Assembly: GCA_025920425.1 (NCBI GenBank) | Contig: JAPDLS010000001.1 | Coordinates: 158,435-222,434 of the forward strand | Length of the DNA: 64,000 bases | Source: Candidatus Haiyanarchaeum thermophilum | Lineage (GTDB): Archaea > Nanobdellota > Nanobdellia > JAPDLS01 > Haiyanarchaeaceae | Reading direction: 5' to 3' | Position numbers and translations under genes: made by a program | Shown: positions 49,380 through 57,718 of the stretch, in pieces | How positions within the stretch are numbered: position 1 is the stretch's first letter | Layout of the letters: every line of letters begins with the position of its first letter | The notes under the pieces: generated by a model | Told to the model about the DNA's origin: nothing | What the model saw: the letters and a program-made list of their open reading frames with translations, nothing else | Database searches by the model: none

Positions 49380-49919
49380 ATGGGTGAAGTAAAACTGCTG
49401 AAAAATTTCAAGCCCAATAAAGAGGGGGGAAAGCTGATAGGACTCATCTCAGATACCCATATCCCAACTAGAGCATCATTCATTCCACAGAAAGTGTTTG
49501 AAATCTTCAGCTCAGTAGACTTAATAATTCATGCTGGAGATTTAGTGGAACTTTCAGTTATCGATGAACTTAGAAAAAATGCTGCAGTAATTGCAGTATG
49601 TGGGAATATGGATCTAGAGGAGGTAGTAGAAACTCTTCCGAAGATAAATTCGATAGAGGTAGAAGGATATAAAATAGGAGTAGTCCACGATGCTGGCATT
49701 ATGGGTACTGAAAAGATGAAAAATATAGCTGAAACTCACGAATTCGATATATTGGTATTTGGCCATACTCACAGACAATTCCTCCTAAAGGAAGGAAAGA
49801 GGCTCTTCATCAATCCCGGAAGTGCTACAAATCCCTTACCTCCGTTGATAACTAAACCCTCTATCGCTCTATTGCGAATAAGTGAGAAAAGAGTTGAACC
49901 ATTCTTCATCCAAGTTTAA
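49380..49919 (+). CDS. YfcE/MJ0936/Vps29-like phosphodiesterase
   Basis: ISDTH, IHAGD, GNMD, H, FGHTH, INPGS. Confidence 0.9.
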   Translation: MGEVKLLKNFKPNKEGGKLIGLISDTHIPTRASFIPQKVFEIFSSVDLIIHAGDLVELSVIDELRKNAAVIAVCGNMDLEEVVETLPKINSIEVEGYKIGVVHDAGIMGTEKMKNIAETHEFDILVFGHTHRQFLLKEGKRLFINPGSATNPLPPLITKPSIALLRISEKRVEPFFIQV

Positions 49920-50554
49920 AATTTCACAAGTTCCTTCACTTTCTTGAAGTTTTTCTGAACCTCCTTCTCTCCACTTACAATCTCCCCATGACCAGGTAGG
50001 AGATATGCTATCTTAAGTTTAGAGATAGTGGCTAGGGAATTCCTAAGATCAGAGCTACTCCCTCCAGGTAGATCAGTTCTCCCCACTGCTCCTCTGAAGA
50101 TCAAATCTCCCGTGATGATGGTCTTAGAATGGGGAAGATAGATAGAAATACTTCCTGCAGTATGTCCGGGAGTATGAAGGATCTGAATCCCCTCTTCCTT
50201 TGGTGTTTCTGAGCTACTTTTGAAGTCTGAAAATTCTATATTCAAGAATCTTGCTATTATTTTGTTGAATTCAAAGGACCTAAGCTCCAAGGGATGTACG
50301 AAAATCTTAGCCCCACTCAGTTTCACAATGAAATTATTTGCAGCAGAATGGTCTGGATGAGCATGAGTATTTATCACTAGTCTCACCTGCTTTATATCTA
50401 CTCCTTCCCTCTCCATTTCCTCTATCTTCGATTGAATGAACTTAGGATTTCCTGGATCAACTAAAATGTTGTATTTTCCTCCTAGATAATAAGTATTGCA
50501 ATCTCCAATTCTGCTTCTCTCTCGATAGAGATAAATGTGTTTAAGTATTCTCAT
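49916..50554 (-). CDS. Metallo-beta-lactamase fold hydrolase (glyoxalase II-like)
   Basis: THAHPDH, HTPGHT.GS, TGDLIF...VGRTDLPGG, PGHG. Confidence 0.9.
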   Translation of the reverse strand: MRILKHIYLYRERSRIGDCNTYYLGGKYNILVDPGNPKFIQSKIEEMEREGVDIKQVRLVINTHAHPDHSAANNFIVKLSGAKIFVHPLELRSFEFNKIIARFLNIEFSDFKSSSETPKEEGIQILHTPGHTAGSISIYLPHSKTIITGDLIFRGAVGRTDLPGGSSSDLRNSLATISKLKIAYLLPGHGEIVSGEKEVQKNFKKVKELVKF

Positions 50555-51201
50555 AGCTTTCTCCTTTTAGATTTTGACCGAGAATTTATGAGAAAAGCGG
50601 CCAGTATTCCGAAGATGAAGCCACCTATATGGGCCCAGAATGCTATATTACTCCCCATGAATCCCAAAAGGCTTATAGCTCCAAAAATGAACTGAATCAA
50701 AAACCAACATGAAAGCATGACATATGTTGGAAGATAGATGAAATTAAAACCTATCCTCACTAGCACCTTCTCTCTCGGAAAAAATACTAAATAAGCTCCT
50801 AGAATTCCTGAAATTGCTCCTGACGCTCCTATTATCGGGATCTCGGAAAATGGATCTGTAATATATTGAATAAATGCTGCGCAAATTCCAGAGGTGAAGT
50901 AAAGCCACAGGAAGCTTATCCTCCCAAGCTTCTCCTCTACATTATCTCCAAACACCAGCAAGTACCACATGTTCCCAAAAAGATGATCCACCCCACCATG
51001 GAGGAACATGGATGTAAACAAGGTAACTAGATCAAATTTGGCAGGTATAAAGCCAAAGGTCATGATAATTTTCTCAAAATCAAAAAGACTGATCAAGAAT
51101 ATAATTACATTTAGAAACACAAGGGTAATCGTGATCACCGGAATTTTCCTTAGGAAACGGTCTGCTGTATCATAGAAGGGTAGAAACAACTGAGCTTTCA
51201 T
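50551..51201 (-). CDS. Rhomboid intramembrane serine protease
   Basis: TSMFLHGG..HL.GNM.YL..FG.NVE, GASGA (catalytic Ser), AHIGG (catalytic His). Confidence 0.93.
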   Translation of the reverse strand: MKAQLFLPFYDTADRFLRKIPVITITLVFLNVIIFLISLFDFEKIIMTFGFIPAKFDLVTLFTSMFLHGGVDHLFGNMWYLLVFGDNVEEKLGRISFLWLYFTSGICAAFIQYITDPFSEIPIIGASGAISGILGAYLVFFPREKVLVRIGFNFIYLPTYVMLSCWFLIQFIFGAISLLGFMGSNIAFWAHIGGFIFGILAAFLINSRSKSKRRKL

Positions 51202-51659
51202 CCGATCCCAAGCTCACTCATCTTCTTCTTGATCAAAATAGCTAGTAAAAGCACTATTACACTTAAGAGCAATGTGGGTGCTTTTTCCCTTACTTGTACA
51301 AGTAGGACCGCAAACCCTGTAGCCTGAATCTTAGACACACATACCCTCTCTGAGCAGGAGAAGCCAATGGGGCATTTACAATCTTGGGGACAATTGTCGC
51401 AGTTTTCAGAAGATTCACAGATATAATTTCCACACCTGCCTCTTGGAACGCATGTACCATTTATACAGGTCTCATTAATTGGGCATTTACAATCTTGGGG
51501 ACAATTGTCGCAGTTTTCACCCTCAGCACATATGCGATCCCCACATATGGCTTTTATCTCCACAGTTGGTAGAGGGTTGAATTGATCTGACTGAGAATAT
51601 GCAAAGCTAAAAAAGGGTGTCAAAAGGATTGGAATCACCACTAGTTGGAAATATCTCAT
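51198..51659 (-). CDS. Secreted Cys-rich repeat surface protein with C-terminal TM anchor
   Basis: Signal-peptide-like N-terminus, two 37-aa repeats CG..IC...ENCDNCPQDCKCP....C....C, TGFAV motif, TM helix and KKK tail. Confidence 0.75.
   Translation of the reverse strand: MRYFQLVVIPILLTPFFSFAYSQSDQFNPLPTVEIKAICGDRICAEGENCDNCPQDCKCPINETCINGTCVPRGRCGNYICESSENCDNCPQDCKCPIGFSCSERVCVSKIQATGFAVLLVQVREKAPTLLLSVIVLLLAILIKKKMSELGIG
51370..51519. repeat. Exact 39-nt direct repeat, period 111 nt, inside the Cys-rich gene
   Basis: GGGCATTTACAATCTTGGGGACAATTGTCGCAGTTTTCA at 51370-51408 and 51481-51519. Confidence 0.9.
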
Positions 51660-51712
51660 CGAGAAAGAATAGTAATTCTAAGTTTTAAAAAGTTGTCATC
51701 TAGTAAAGTTAC

Positions 51713-52099
51713 TCATTTCTCTCTTCGCAGTCTTTCTCTCACTTCGATTGGATAATATTTTCCTCTACTTACTAACCTCTTTTCCATCCGCTCGGGCTCA
51801 AAGATTTTCTGAACTTCCTGAATGGCTATTTTCTCGTCAAAGGGTTTGCAGGAGAAGATATCTACAGCTGCATACCTTTCATAAATGAAAGTATGAATGG
51901 TTATATGGCTCTCGCTGATCAATATGAATCCTGAAATTCCTGGAGTAGGTGTACTATAAAAATTCACTATCGCCTCAGAGATCTTCCTCAGAGAGAGTTT
52001 GGCTGGAAGATCCTCTAGGAATTTTTTAACTAACTGTATATCCCCAAGTCTTCTCTCATCACATCCATATAAATCCAGCATTAAATGTGGTCCAAACAT
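51713..52099 (-). CDS. speD: S-adenosylmethionine decarboxylase proenzyme
   Basis: G.HL.LDLYGC, GISG..LISESHI.IHT (pyruvoyl cleavage site), DIFSC. Confidence 0.88.
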   Translation of the reverse strand: MFGPHLMLDLYGCDERRLGDIQLVKKFLEDLPAKLSLRKISEAIVNFYSTPTPGISGFILISESHITIHTFIYERYAAVDIFSCKPFDEKIAIQEVQKIFEPERMEKRLVSRGKYYPIEVRERLRREK

Positions 52100-52154
52100 T
52101 CCCCACTTTATAATATAATTACGTGGAGTTTACTTTTTTAAAAATATCTTTCCC

Positions 52155-52661
52155 TCAAGCAATATATTTCTCTAAACTTCCTTGCCTTAGCTGTTCCTCA
52201 ATTAATTTCTTAGCTTTTTCAGGTTTTCTGCTTACATTATCTAGAACTATTTGGATTGCACTCGCACTAGTTTTCAACCCCATTTCCATGTATTTCTGTG
52301 CAGTTTTCTTAGCTATTCCCTTCTTCTCCAATATAGCCCAAAGTGATATCTCAGGTGGCTTCGAAAAGCCTCCATCATATACTTTCACCAGACCATCTCT
52401 ATCTTCCTTTCCTATTAACTCTATTTCTACCTGTTTTAGGATTCTCTCTAGCGGGATGGCATCATCTGGAGTATGATTTTCATCTATCAAGCAGAAGAGC
52501 GTTAGCTTTCCACATAGTTGAGAGATTACCTCTGCATCTCCTACCACTCTAGGATCGAACATGTAGATTTTGGCTGGATAATTGTCTCCTAGCTTCTGTT
52601 TAAGCCATTCCTTTATCGCTCTCACTTTTCCCCCATATTCTTCCTGTAACGTCTCCTCCAT
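52155..52661 (-). CDS. Hypothetical protein
   Basis: 168-aa ORF with host-like codon usage and a TATA-like element upstream. Confidence 0.5.
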   Translation of the reverse strand: MEETLQEEYGGKVRAIKEWLKQKLGDNYPAKIYMFDPRVVGDAEVISQLCGKLTLFCLIDENHTPDDAIPLERILKQVEIELIGKEDRDGLVKVYDGGFSKPPEISLWAILEKKGIAKKTAQKYMEMGLKTSASAIQIVLDNVSRKPEKAKKLIEEQLRQGSLEKYIA

Positions 52662-52693
52662 TTTCTTTACTTATAAGTAGTAATTTAAATAAC

Positions 52694-53140
52694 TTACTTC
52701 AAATGAAGTAAGTGCCAAGCCACTTTCTTCTCCTTTACTGCTTTCATAATAGCCTCCTCCTCTCTAGTGAGTTGGGCTTTCTCTCCTTTTTTCACATCTA
52801 GGAAAATTATCCTTACTTCCCCACCTCCCGAATCCTTCACTTGAGTATAGCCATCGAAGATCACATAATCCACAGGGTTGCCAATGAATCTTGCATCTGC
52901 TGGATTGTAGGGAAACTCTGGGAGGAGTGCTACCATTTGTTCTGCTATTTTCCCTTTAAGCACAGCTCTACTCCTCTTTAAGGTCTCCTCTCTTATCTCC
53001 TCGATGTGTTGTTGGATGTATTCCTCTACCCTAATTTTTGCCTCCAGTGAGAGCTTAGCCTTCAGAAAGAAATAACAAACCAATGCCCCTATTACCACTC
53101 CTATAATGAAAACAAGTAGGTCCATCAATACTTTAATCAT
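52694..53140 (-). CDS. Holliday junction resolvase-like endonuclease (Endonuc_Holl) with N-terminal TM
   Basis: RSRAVLKG...EQ...LP.FPY.P.D.RFIG.PVDYVIFDG, F.DVK.G...L...E..I..AV. Confidence 0.85.
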   Translation of the reverse strand: MIKVLMDLLVFIIGVVIGALVCYFFLKAKLSLEAKIRVEEYIQQHIEEIREETLKRSRAVLKGKIAEQMVALLPEFPYNPADARFIGNPVDYVIFDGYTQVKDSGGGEVRIIFLDVKKGEKAQLTREEEAIMKAVKEKKVAWHLLHLK

Positions 53141-53903
53141 TGAGCTTATTTATCTTTTTCCCAAGCTGAAATAATTTTATTGCATTCTTCGTGGTAATTT
53201 CATCTACTTCTTTCACTTCCATCCGTTTTATCCTACCGATCTCTTCAACTATTAGTTTTATGCTTAGAGGAGTATTCCTCCCTCCCTTTGGATCCAGCCA
53301 GGGACAATCTGTTTCGGTCAATATATTCTCGATTGGCATGTCCCTCACAATCTTCCTAATCTTCTTACTTCTTAACAATGATGTGTTAACTGAAATGTAC
53401 CAGCCATTTTCTATTACCTTTCCCAATAATTCCCTCGCAGTGAAAAAATGAATTACTACATCTTTAACACCATATTGCTGAAGGATCTCTAAAGCATCTT
53501 TAAACGCATTACGGGCGTGCACGATGAGCGGCTTCCTAAGCTTTATAGCTAGTTGGATGTGTTTTAAGAAGAGATCCTTTTGCCTTCTCTTCACATTCTC
53601 CTCAACAGGATAATCCAATCCCGTCTCCCCAATCCCATAAATTTCATGCTCATTTTCCTCCACTAATCTAAAAAAATTATCCTCCGCTTCTTCACTCAAT
53701 TCAGGAACATAGATAGGATGTATCGAAGCAGTAGTGAATATGAAATTGCTGAACCTCCTAGAGAGTGTCAGGCTTCTCACCAGTTCCTGCCAGTGGGCTG
53801 AACAATTAATCACTGCTACCAACTCTTTCATACAGGCTTTTATTACTTCATCTCTATCTGAATCAAACTCTGGTTCCATCAAATGGGCATGTACATCTAT
53901 CAT
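53133..53903 (-). CDS. TatD-family deoxyribonuclease
   Basis: IDVHAH, IHP, GIGETGLD, VHAR, ILTETDCP. Confidence 0.92.
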   Translation of the reverse strand: MIDVHAHLMEPEFDSDRDEVIKACMKELVAVINCSAHWQELVRSLTLSRRFSNFIFTTASIHPIYVPELSEEAEDNFFRLVEENEHEIYGIGETGLDYPVEENVKRRQKDLFLKHIQLAIKLRKPLIVHARNAFKDALEILQQYGVKDVVIHFFTARELLGKVIENGWYISVNTSLLRSKKIRKIVRDMPIENILTETDCPWLDPKGGRNTPLSIKLIVEEIGRIKRMEVKEVDEITTKNAIKLFQLGKKINKLND

Positions 53904-53976
53904 AACTTATTTATGTTATCCTTACTTAAGCTTTTTTGGTAAAATTTATATTTGGTTGGAGCCAATTCTTTCAAGG

Positions 53977-54525
53977 ATGGGGGAAGTTTTAGTAAGAGTT
54001 GATAAGAGGGATGCTGTTCTTGGTAAGGTGGATAGAATAAAAGCCCACAAAGAAGGTATCTTGCACCGCGGGTTCCTTATTGTAGTGAAGAATCATGAAA
54101 ATAATTTCTATCTTACTCAAAGGAATCCTAAGAGGATTATATGCCATGGTATAAGGGCTCCTTTCCCTTCTTATTGGGACTGCAGTGTAGCAGGCCACCC
54201 CCGCTGGGGACAAAGAGGATATGTGACTCAAGCTATGAAGGAAGTGGAAGAGGAGTTGAACATGAAGATCAGTAGGAAGGAATTGAAATGGCTTGGAAAG
54301 TTTTACTATGAGCAATCCGATGAAATAACGAAGCTTGTGGAGCATGAGATCTGTGCTCTCTTCTTACTAGTAGTTGACAATAAGATATCTCCAAACAGAA
54401 CTGAAATTTCAAAAGCTAAATGGCTAACCCCAAGGCAGTTGAGGGAATTTATGAAGAAGAATAAGATCACTCCTTGGTTTCTGAAAGCTTGTGAGCTCTT
54501 CCCCGAGATCTTTAAGTTAAGATGA
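53977..54525 (+). CDS. Type 1 isopentenyl-diphosphate isomerase-like Nudix protein
   Basis: AH..G.LHR.F, QR, WDCSVAGHP, EV.EEL, F.Y......VEHEIC, N..EI, TPWF. Start at ATG 53977. Confidence 0.75.
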   Translation: MGEVLVRVDKRDAVLGKVDRIKAHKEGILHRGFLIVVKNHENNFYLTQRNPKRIICHGIRAPFPSYWDCSVAGHPRWGQRGYVTQAMKEVEEELNMKISRKELKWLGKFYYEQSDEITKLVEHEICALFLLVVDNKISPNRTEISKAKWLTPRQLREFMKKNKITPWFLKACELFPEIFKLR

Positions 54526-54680
54526 GCAATTTACTGTAAAAACTAAATTTACGTGACCTTTTCTCATTATCCCCATTCATAGCTCAAAATTCTGGAGTCT
54601 AAGAGTTGAAAGAATGTTTCTGCTTCAAATGATTCAACATCGACAAATATTAAATAGAAGTTGGGTTTTCTGCAAAGAAT

Positions 54681-55877
54681 ATGGGAGTGATAGAATATTT
54701 TAATTCGCTAAATAAGAGGAAGGAGTTTGAGAAAGTGCTAGCGCTCACATTACCTACTTTCTTCATCTCATTAAGCTGGGCTATAGTCTCACCTGTGTTC
54801 TCAATCAAAATTAATCAGATCACTCAAGATTTGTTCCTGAGTGGAATCGTCTTTTCCATCTTTTCTATCTCAGCCATCTTCACCAATATTTTATTTGGAG
54901 TAATTGGAGACAAGGTGGATATAAGTAAGCTAATTAAATTATCCACTCTCATGTATGTTCCCCTTCCCCTCTTTTACTTAGCAAGTGAGCATTTTCTCCA
55001 TCTAGTGATAGTGAGAATTTATCAAGCATTCATCTCTGCCCTATTCTGGTCGTCTTCCTGGATATATTTGAGAAAAACTTCAAGAAAGCACTTGGGAGAG
55101 TATATAGGTATTTATTTTGTGTCCATAGATCTAGCCTATCTCCTAGCCCTCCTCTTCGGAGGGTATTTAGGGGACCTAGGCATAAATTTGCCATTCTACT
55201 TTTTCAGCATATTTGCAGCCCTCTCTTTCCTTACCTCATTGAAATTGAAGGGTTTTAAAGTAACTGAAAAGGTAGGAATTTGGGCCGAAATTAGAGGATC
55301 TTTCTCTGAGTTGAAGAGGAAAATTAAATTTTCCATTTCAATCATCTGCATTACCATAATTACTTTCGCATCTTCATCCATTTATGGCAATTTTATGCCG
55401 ATTATTCTATGGGAAGCTAATTTTTCTATACTTATGATAAGCATCTTTCTTCTGGCACAAACAGTTCCTGCCTTACTCCTAGAAATTCCAATGGGAATCT
55501 ACATTGACAAATTTGGATGGAAACGTGGGCTAATGATAGGGTGTGCCCTCGCAGCCTCTGCCATTCTCATTCCTTCACTTACCCTTGATTTCCTCCCTAT
55601 CATCATCTCTTCTATCTTCTTCTACTTGGGAATTACGCTTACTTCTCTTGTAATCAATCACACCTTCCCACTACATTTCTCTCCAAGTAGATTGGGCTTC
55701 TTCAGCGGAGTGTTGGAGAGTATAAAACATTTAGGTTTTGGATTGGGAGCTTTGCTAGGAGGAGCTCTTCTAAGTGAATTCAGTATGAAAATTACATTCT
55801 CTCTATTTTCTCTCTGCTTGGGAAGTATGGCACTTCTCCTCTTCCTCTGGGAGAAAAAATATAAAGTCAAAAGTTAA
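54681..55877 (+). CDS. MFS transporter
   Basis: About 12 TM helices, motif-A-like G.IGDK and G..IDKFG.KR. Confidence 0.88.
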   Translation: MGVIEYFNSLNKRKEFEKVLALTLPTFFISLSWAIVSPVFSIKINQITQDLFLSGIVFSIFSISAIFTNILFGVIGDKVDISKLIKLSTLMYVPLPLFYLASEHFLHLVIVRIYQAFISALFWSSSWIYLRKTSRKHLGEYIGIYFVSIDLAYLLALLFGGYLGDLGINLPFYFFSIFAALSFLTSLKLKGFKVTEKVGIWAEIRGSFSELKRKIKFSISIICITIITFASSSIYGNFMPIILWEANFSILMISIFLLAQTVPALLLEIPMGIYIDKFGWKRGLMIGCALAASAILIPSLTLDFLPIIISSIFFYLGITLTSLVINHTFPLHFSPSRLGFFSGVLESIKHLGFGLGALLGGALLSEFSMKITFSLFSLCLGSMALLLFLWEKKYKVKS

Positions 55878-55888
55878 AATCTAAGTAA

Positions 55889-55988
55889 GGGGCTGTAGTT
55901 CAGCTGGTCAGAACAACGGGCTCCAGTAATGGAGCGCTGAAGCAGATGAGGAAACCCGTAGACCTGGGTTCGAATCCCAGCAGCCCCA
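55889..55988 (+). tRNA. tRNA-Trp(CCA) with 27-nt intron at 37/38 (55927-55953)
   Basis: Acceptor GGGGCTG/CAGCCCC-A, anticodon arm ACGGG-CT CCA G[intron]A-CCCGT, T-arm CTGGG-TTCGAAT-CCCAG. Confidence 0.93.
55927..55953 (+). ncRNA. tRNA-Trp intron carrying a minimal box D/C guide for C34
   Basis: TAA-TGGAGC-G-CTGA-AGCAG-ATGAGGA-A. TGGAGC is complementary to G31-A36 and the D+5 base pairs with C34. Confidence 0.6.
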
Positions 55989-56050
55989 TTTCAATTCTAT
56001 GGAGCCTTTATCAAAAGCTTTAAATATTACCACTTTTTAGTTAAATAAAA

Positions 56051-57157
56051 ATGAAAATAAAATCCCTGCTCCCAGCTTTAATAGCTCTTCTATTTATTCA
56101 TACTGTTCAAGCTCATACTTTTGAAATCACAAACATAGTTTTCGACAGATTTGTATTCTATCCCAATGATGTGGGAAGAGCCTTCATCACCATTAATAAT
56201 TCTGGAAATTACGACGAATTTGTATATTTCAGGTACTCTCACAGTGGGCAAATTTTTGAGGTGGGACTCTTCTATCTACCAAAGCATACTACCTCTCAAT
56301 TTACCATTTTCTTCATAGCTCCAACGAAGATGGGGATGCACAATGTTAGCTTTGAGGCGTACAATATTTATAATAAATCACTTCGCTATGAAGTGGTTAC
56401 TGTAAATTCTAAAAATTATGCCTTTGAAACAAGGCCTTCATCCAGAAACTTAAGTGTGGCCAGAGGATTTTCAGCCAGACTCTTCCTTACCATTTACAAT
56501 CTGGGGAATATGGAAGATGATTATGTAGTGAAGGTGGAAGGATGGGAAAAATATAGGGTGGAGGAAAACCTCCTCTATTTACCACCTTCTCAGGAGAAGA
56601 CCTTATGGATAGAATTTTTGACTGATAGTGCCTCAGCAGGAGAGTACAAGATAAAATTGATCATATGTTCTCTACGATCATTTACTTGCAAGGAGAATGT
56701 AGTAAATTTCCAAGTAGTGAAGCCTGAATATGAGCAAACTTTAATGGAGATCTCTCCCCAAGAATTGGATCTCCTTCCTCTTCAAAATTCATCCTTAAAT
56801 TTTACTGTAAAAAATGTGGGATTCGGGAAGAGAAATTACAATATTGAGATCGAAAGTGAACTCAATTATACCATTTCTGAAACTTCCTTTTCTTTATCCC
56901 CCCAAGAGGAGAAAGTCATCTCCATAAATCTAGTTCAAGTACCAGAGGGTTCCCACATTCTCAACTATACTTTATATGTGGATGATATCCCCATAAGGAG
57001 TGGAAGCATCAAAGTGAATGCTTTTTCCCCTACCTTTGCCCCATTTGCCATCCTCATTGGAGCCTATTCCTTCTGGCTCGGGCTAGCAGCTATCATCCTC
57101 ATCTTGGGGTTAGTGATCTACTTTCTCCGAAAAAGAAGCATCGTAGAAGAGATCTAA
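56051..57157 (+). CDS. Cell-surface protein with Ig-like (CARDB/NEW3-like) repeats and C-terminal TM
   Basis: Signal peptide, repeated I.N.G...D/E.Y and L.P.E.K beta-sandwich motifs, TM helix with RKR tail. Confidence 0.7.
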   Translation: MKIKSLLPALIALLFIHTVQAHTFEITNIVFDRFVFYPNDVGRAFITINNSGNYDEFVYFRYSHSGQIFEVGLFYLPKHTTSQFTIFFIAPTKMGMHNVSFEAYNIYNKSLRYEVVTVNSKNYAFETRPSSRNLSVARGFSARLFLTIYNLGNMEDDYVVKVEGWEKYRVEENLLYLPPSQEKTLWIEFLTDSASAGEYKIKLIICSLRSFTCKENVVNFQVVKPEYEQTLMEISPQELDLLPLQNSSLNFTVKNVGFGKRNYNIEIESELNYTISETSFSLSPQEEKVISINLVQVPEGSHILNYTLYVDDIPIRSGSIKVNAFSPTFAPFAILIGAYSFWLGLAAIILILGLVIYFLRKRSIVEEI

Positions 57158-57190
57158 AGCTTTTAAAAATTTTTTCAACTAATAATTCTT

Positions 57191-57718
57191 ATGCAGGAAA
57201 AGAAAATTAAAGGTATAATTCTAGGAAATAAAGTTATCGTGGAGGAAAAGGAAGATGCCTCTGCTCTCTACAATAAAGGATGTTATGGGAAAATAATAAA
57301 TGATAGGAATGAGTTATCATTCGTGGAAGCTCTTTATTTGATGGAGAAGGGCTTCTTGGAAGTATACCACGATTCTAAGAAGTTAGATTTCAAGCAGTTC
57401 GTGAGCATAGCTCAATCATTTGATCCCCGCTTCTGGATAAAGTTCTGCGGATATAGGGAGATAAGATCTAGAGGCTATATTGTTAAAACTGCTCTCAAAT
57501 TTGGGGCAGATTTCCTAGTCTATGATAGGGGAATTAGACCAGGAGAAGGCCATAGTAAGTGGGCTGCCTTCTTCGTTAGCGAAGAGGAAAGCTTTGATTG
57601 GAAGAGATTTGCCGCTATGATGAGAGTAGCCCACGGTGCTAGGAAGAAGTTGCTTGTCGGCATCGTAGATGATGAGGGAGATGTGACTTATTATGAGATT
57701 TCATGGTTAAGGCCTTAG
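57191..57718 (+). CDS. endA: tRNA-splicing endonuclease catalytic subunit
   Basis: LS.VEALYL, Y..IR.RGY.VKTALKFGADF.VY (Tyr), GHS (His), RVAH..RKK (Lys), D.EGDVTYY...W.RP. Confidence 0.95.
   Translation: MQEKKIKGIILGNKVIVEEKEDASALYNKGCYGKIINDRNELSFVEALYLMEKGFLEVYHDSKKLDFKQFVSIAQSFDPRFWIKFCGYREIRSRGYIVKTALKFGADFLVYDRGIRPGEGHSKWAAFFVSEEESFDWKRFAAMMRVAHGARKKLLVGIVDDEGDVTYYEISWLRP

Noticed and set aside
51370-51519. 39-nt direct repeat as a possible mini-CRISPR
   Set aside because: Only two copies, 111-nt in-frame period within a coding Cys-rich repeat, and no cas genes.
53734-53976. 81-aa N-terminal extension on the IDI-like ORF
   Set aside because: Overlaps tatD on the opposite strand and the divergent promoter; homology begins at ATG 53977.
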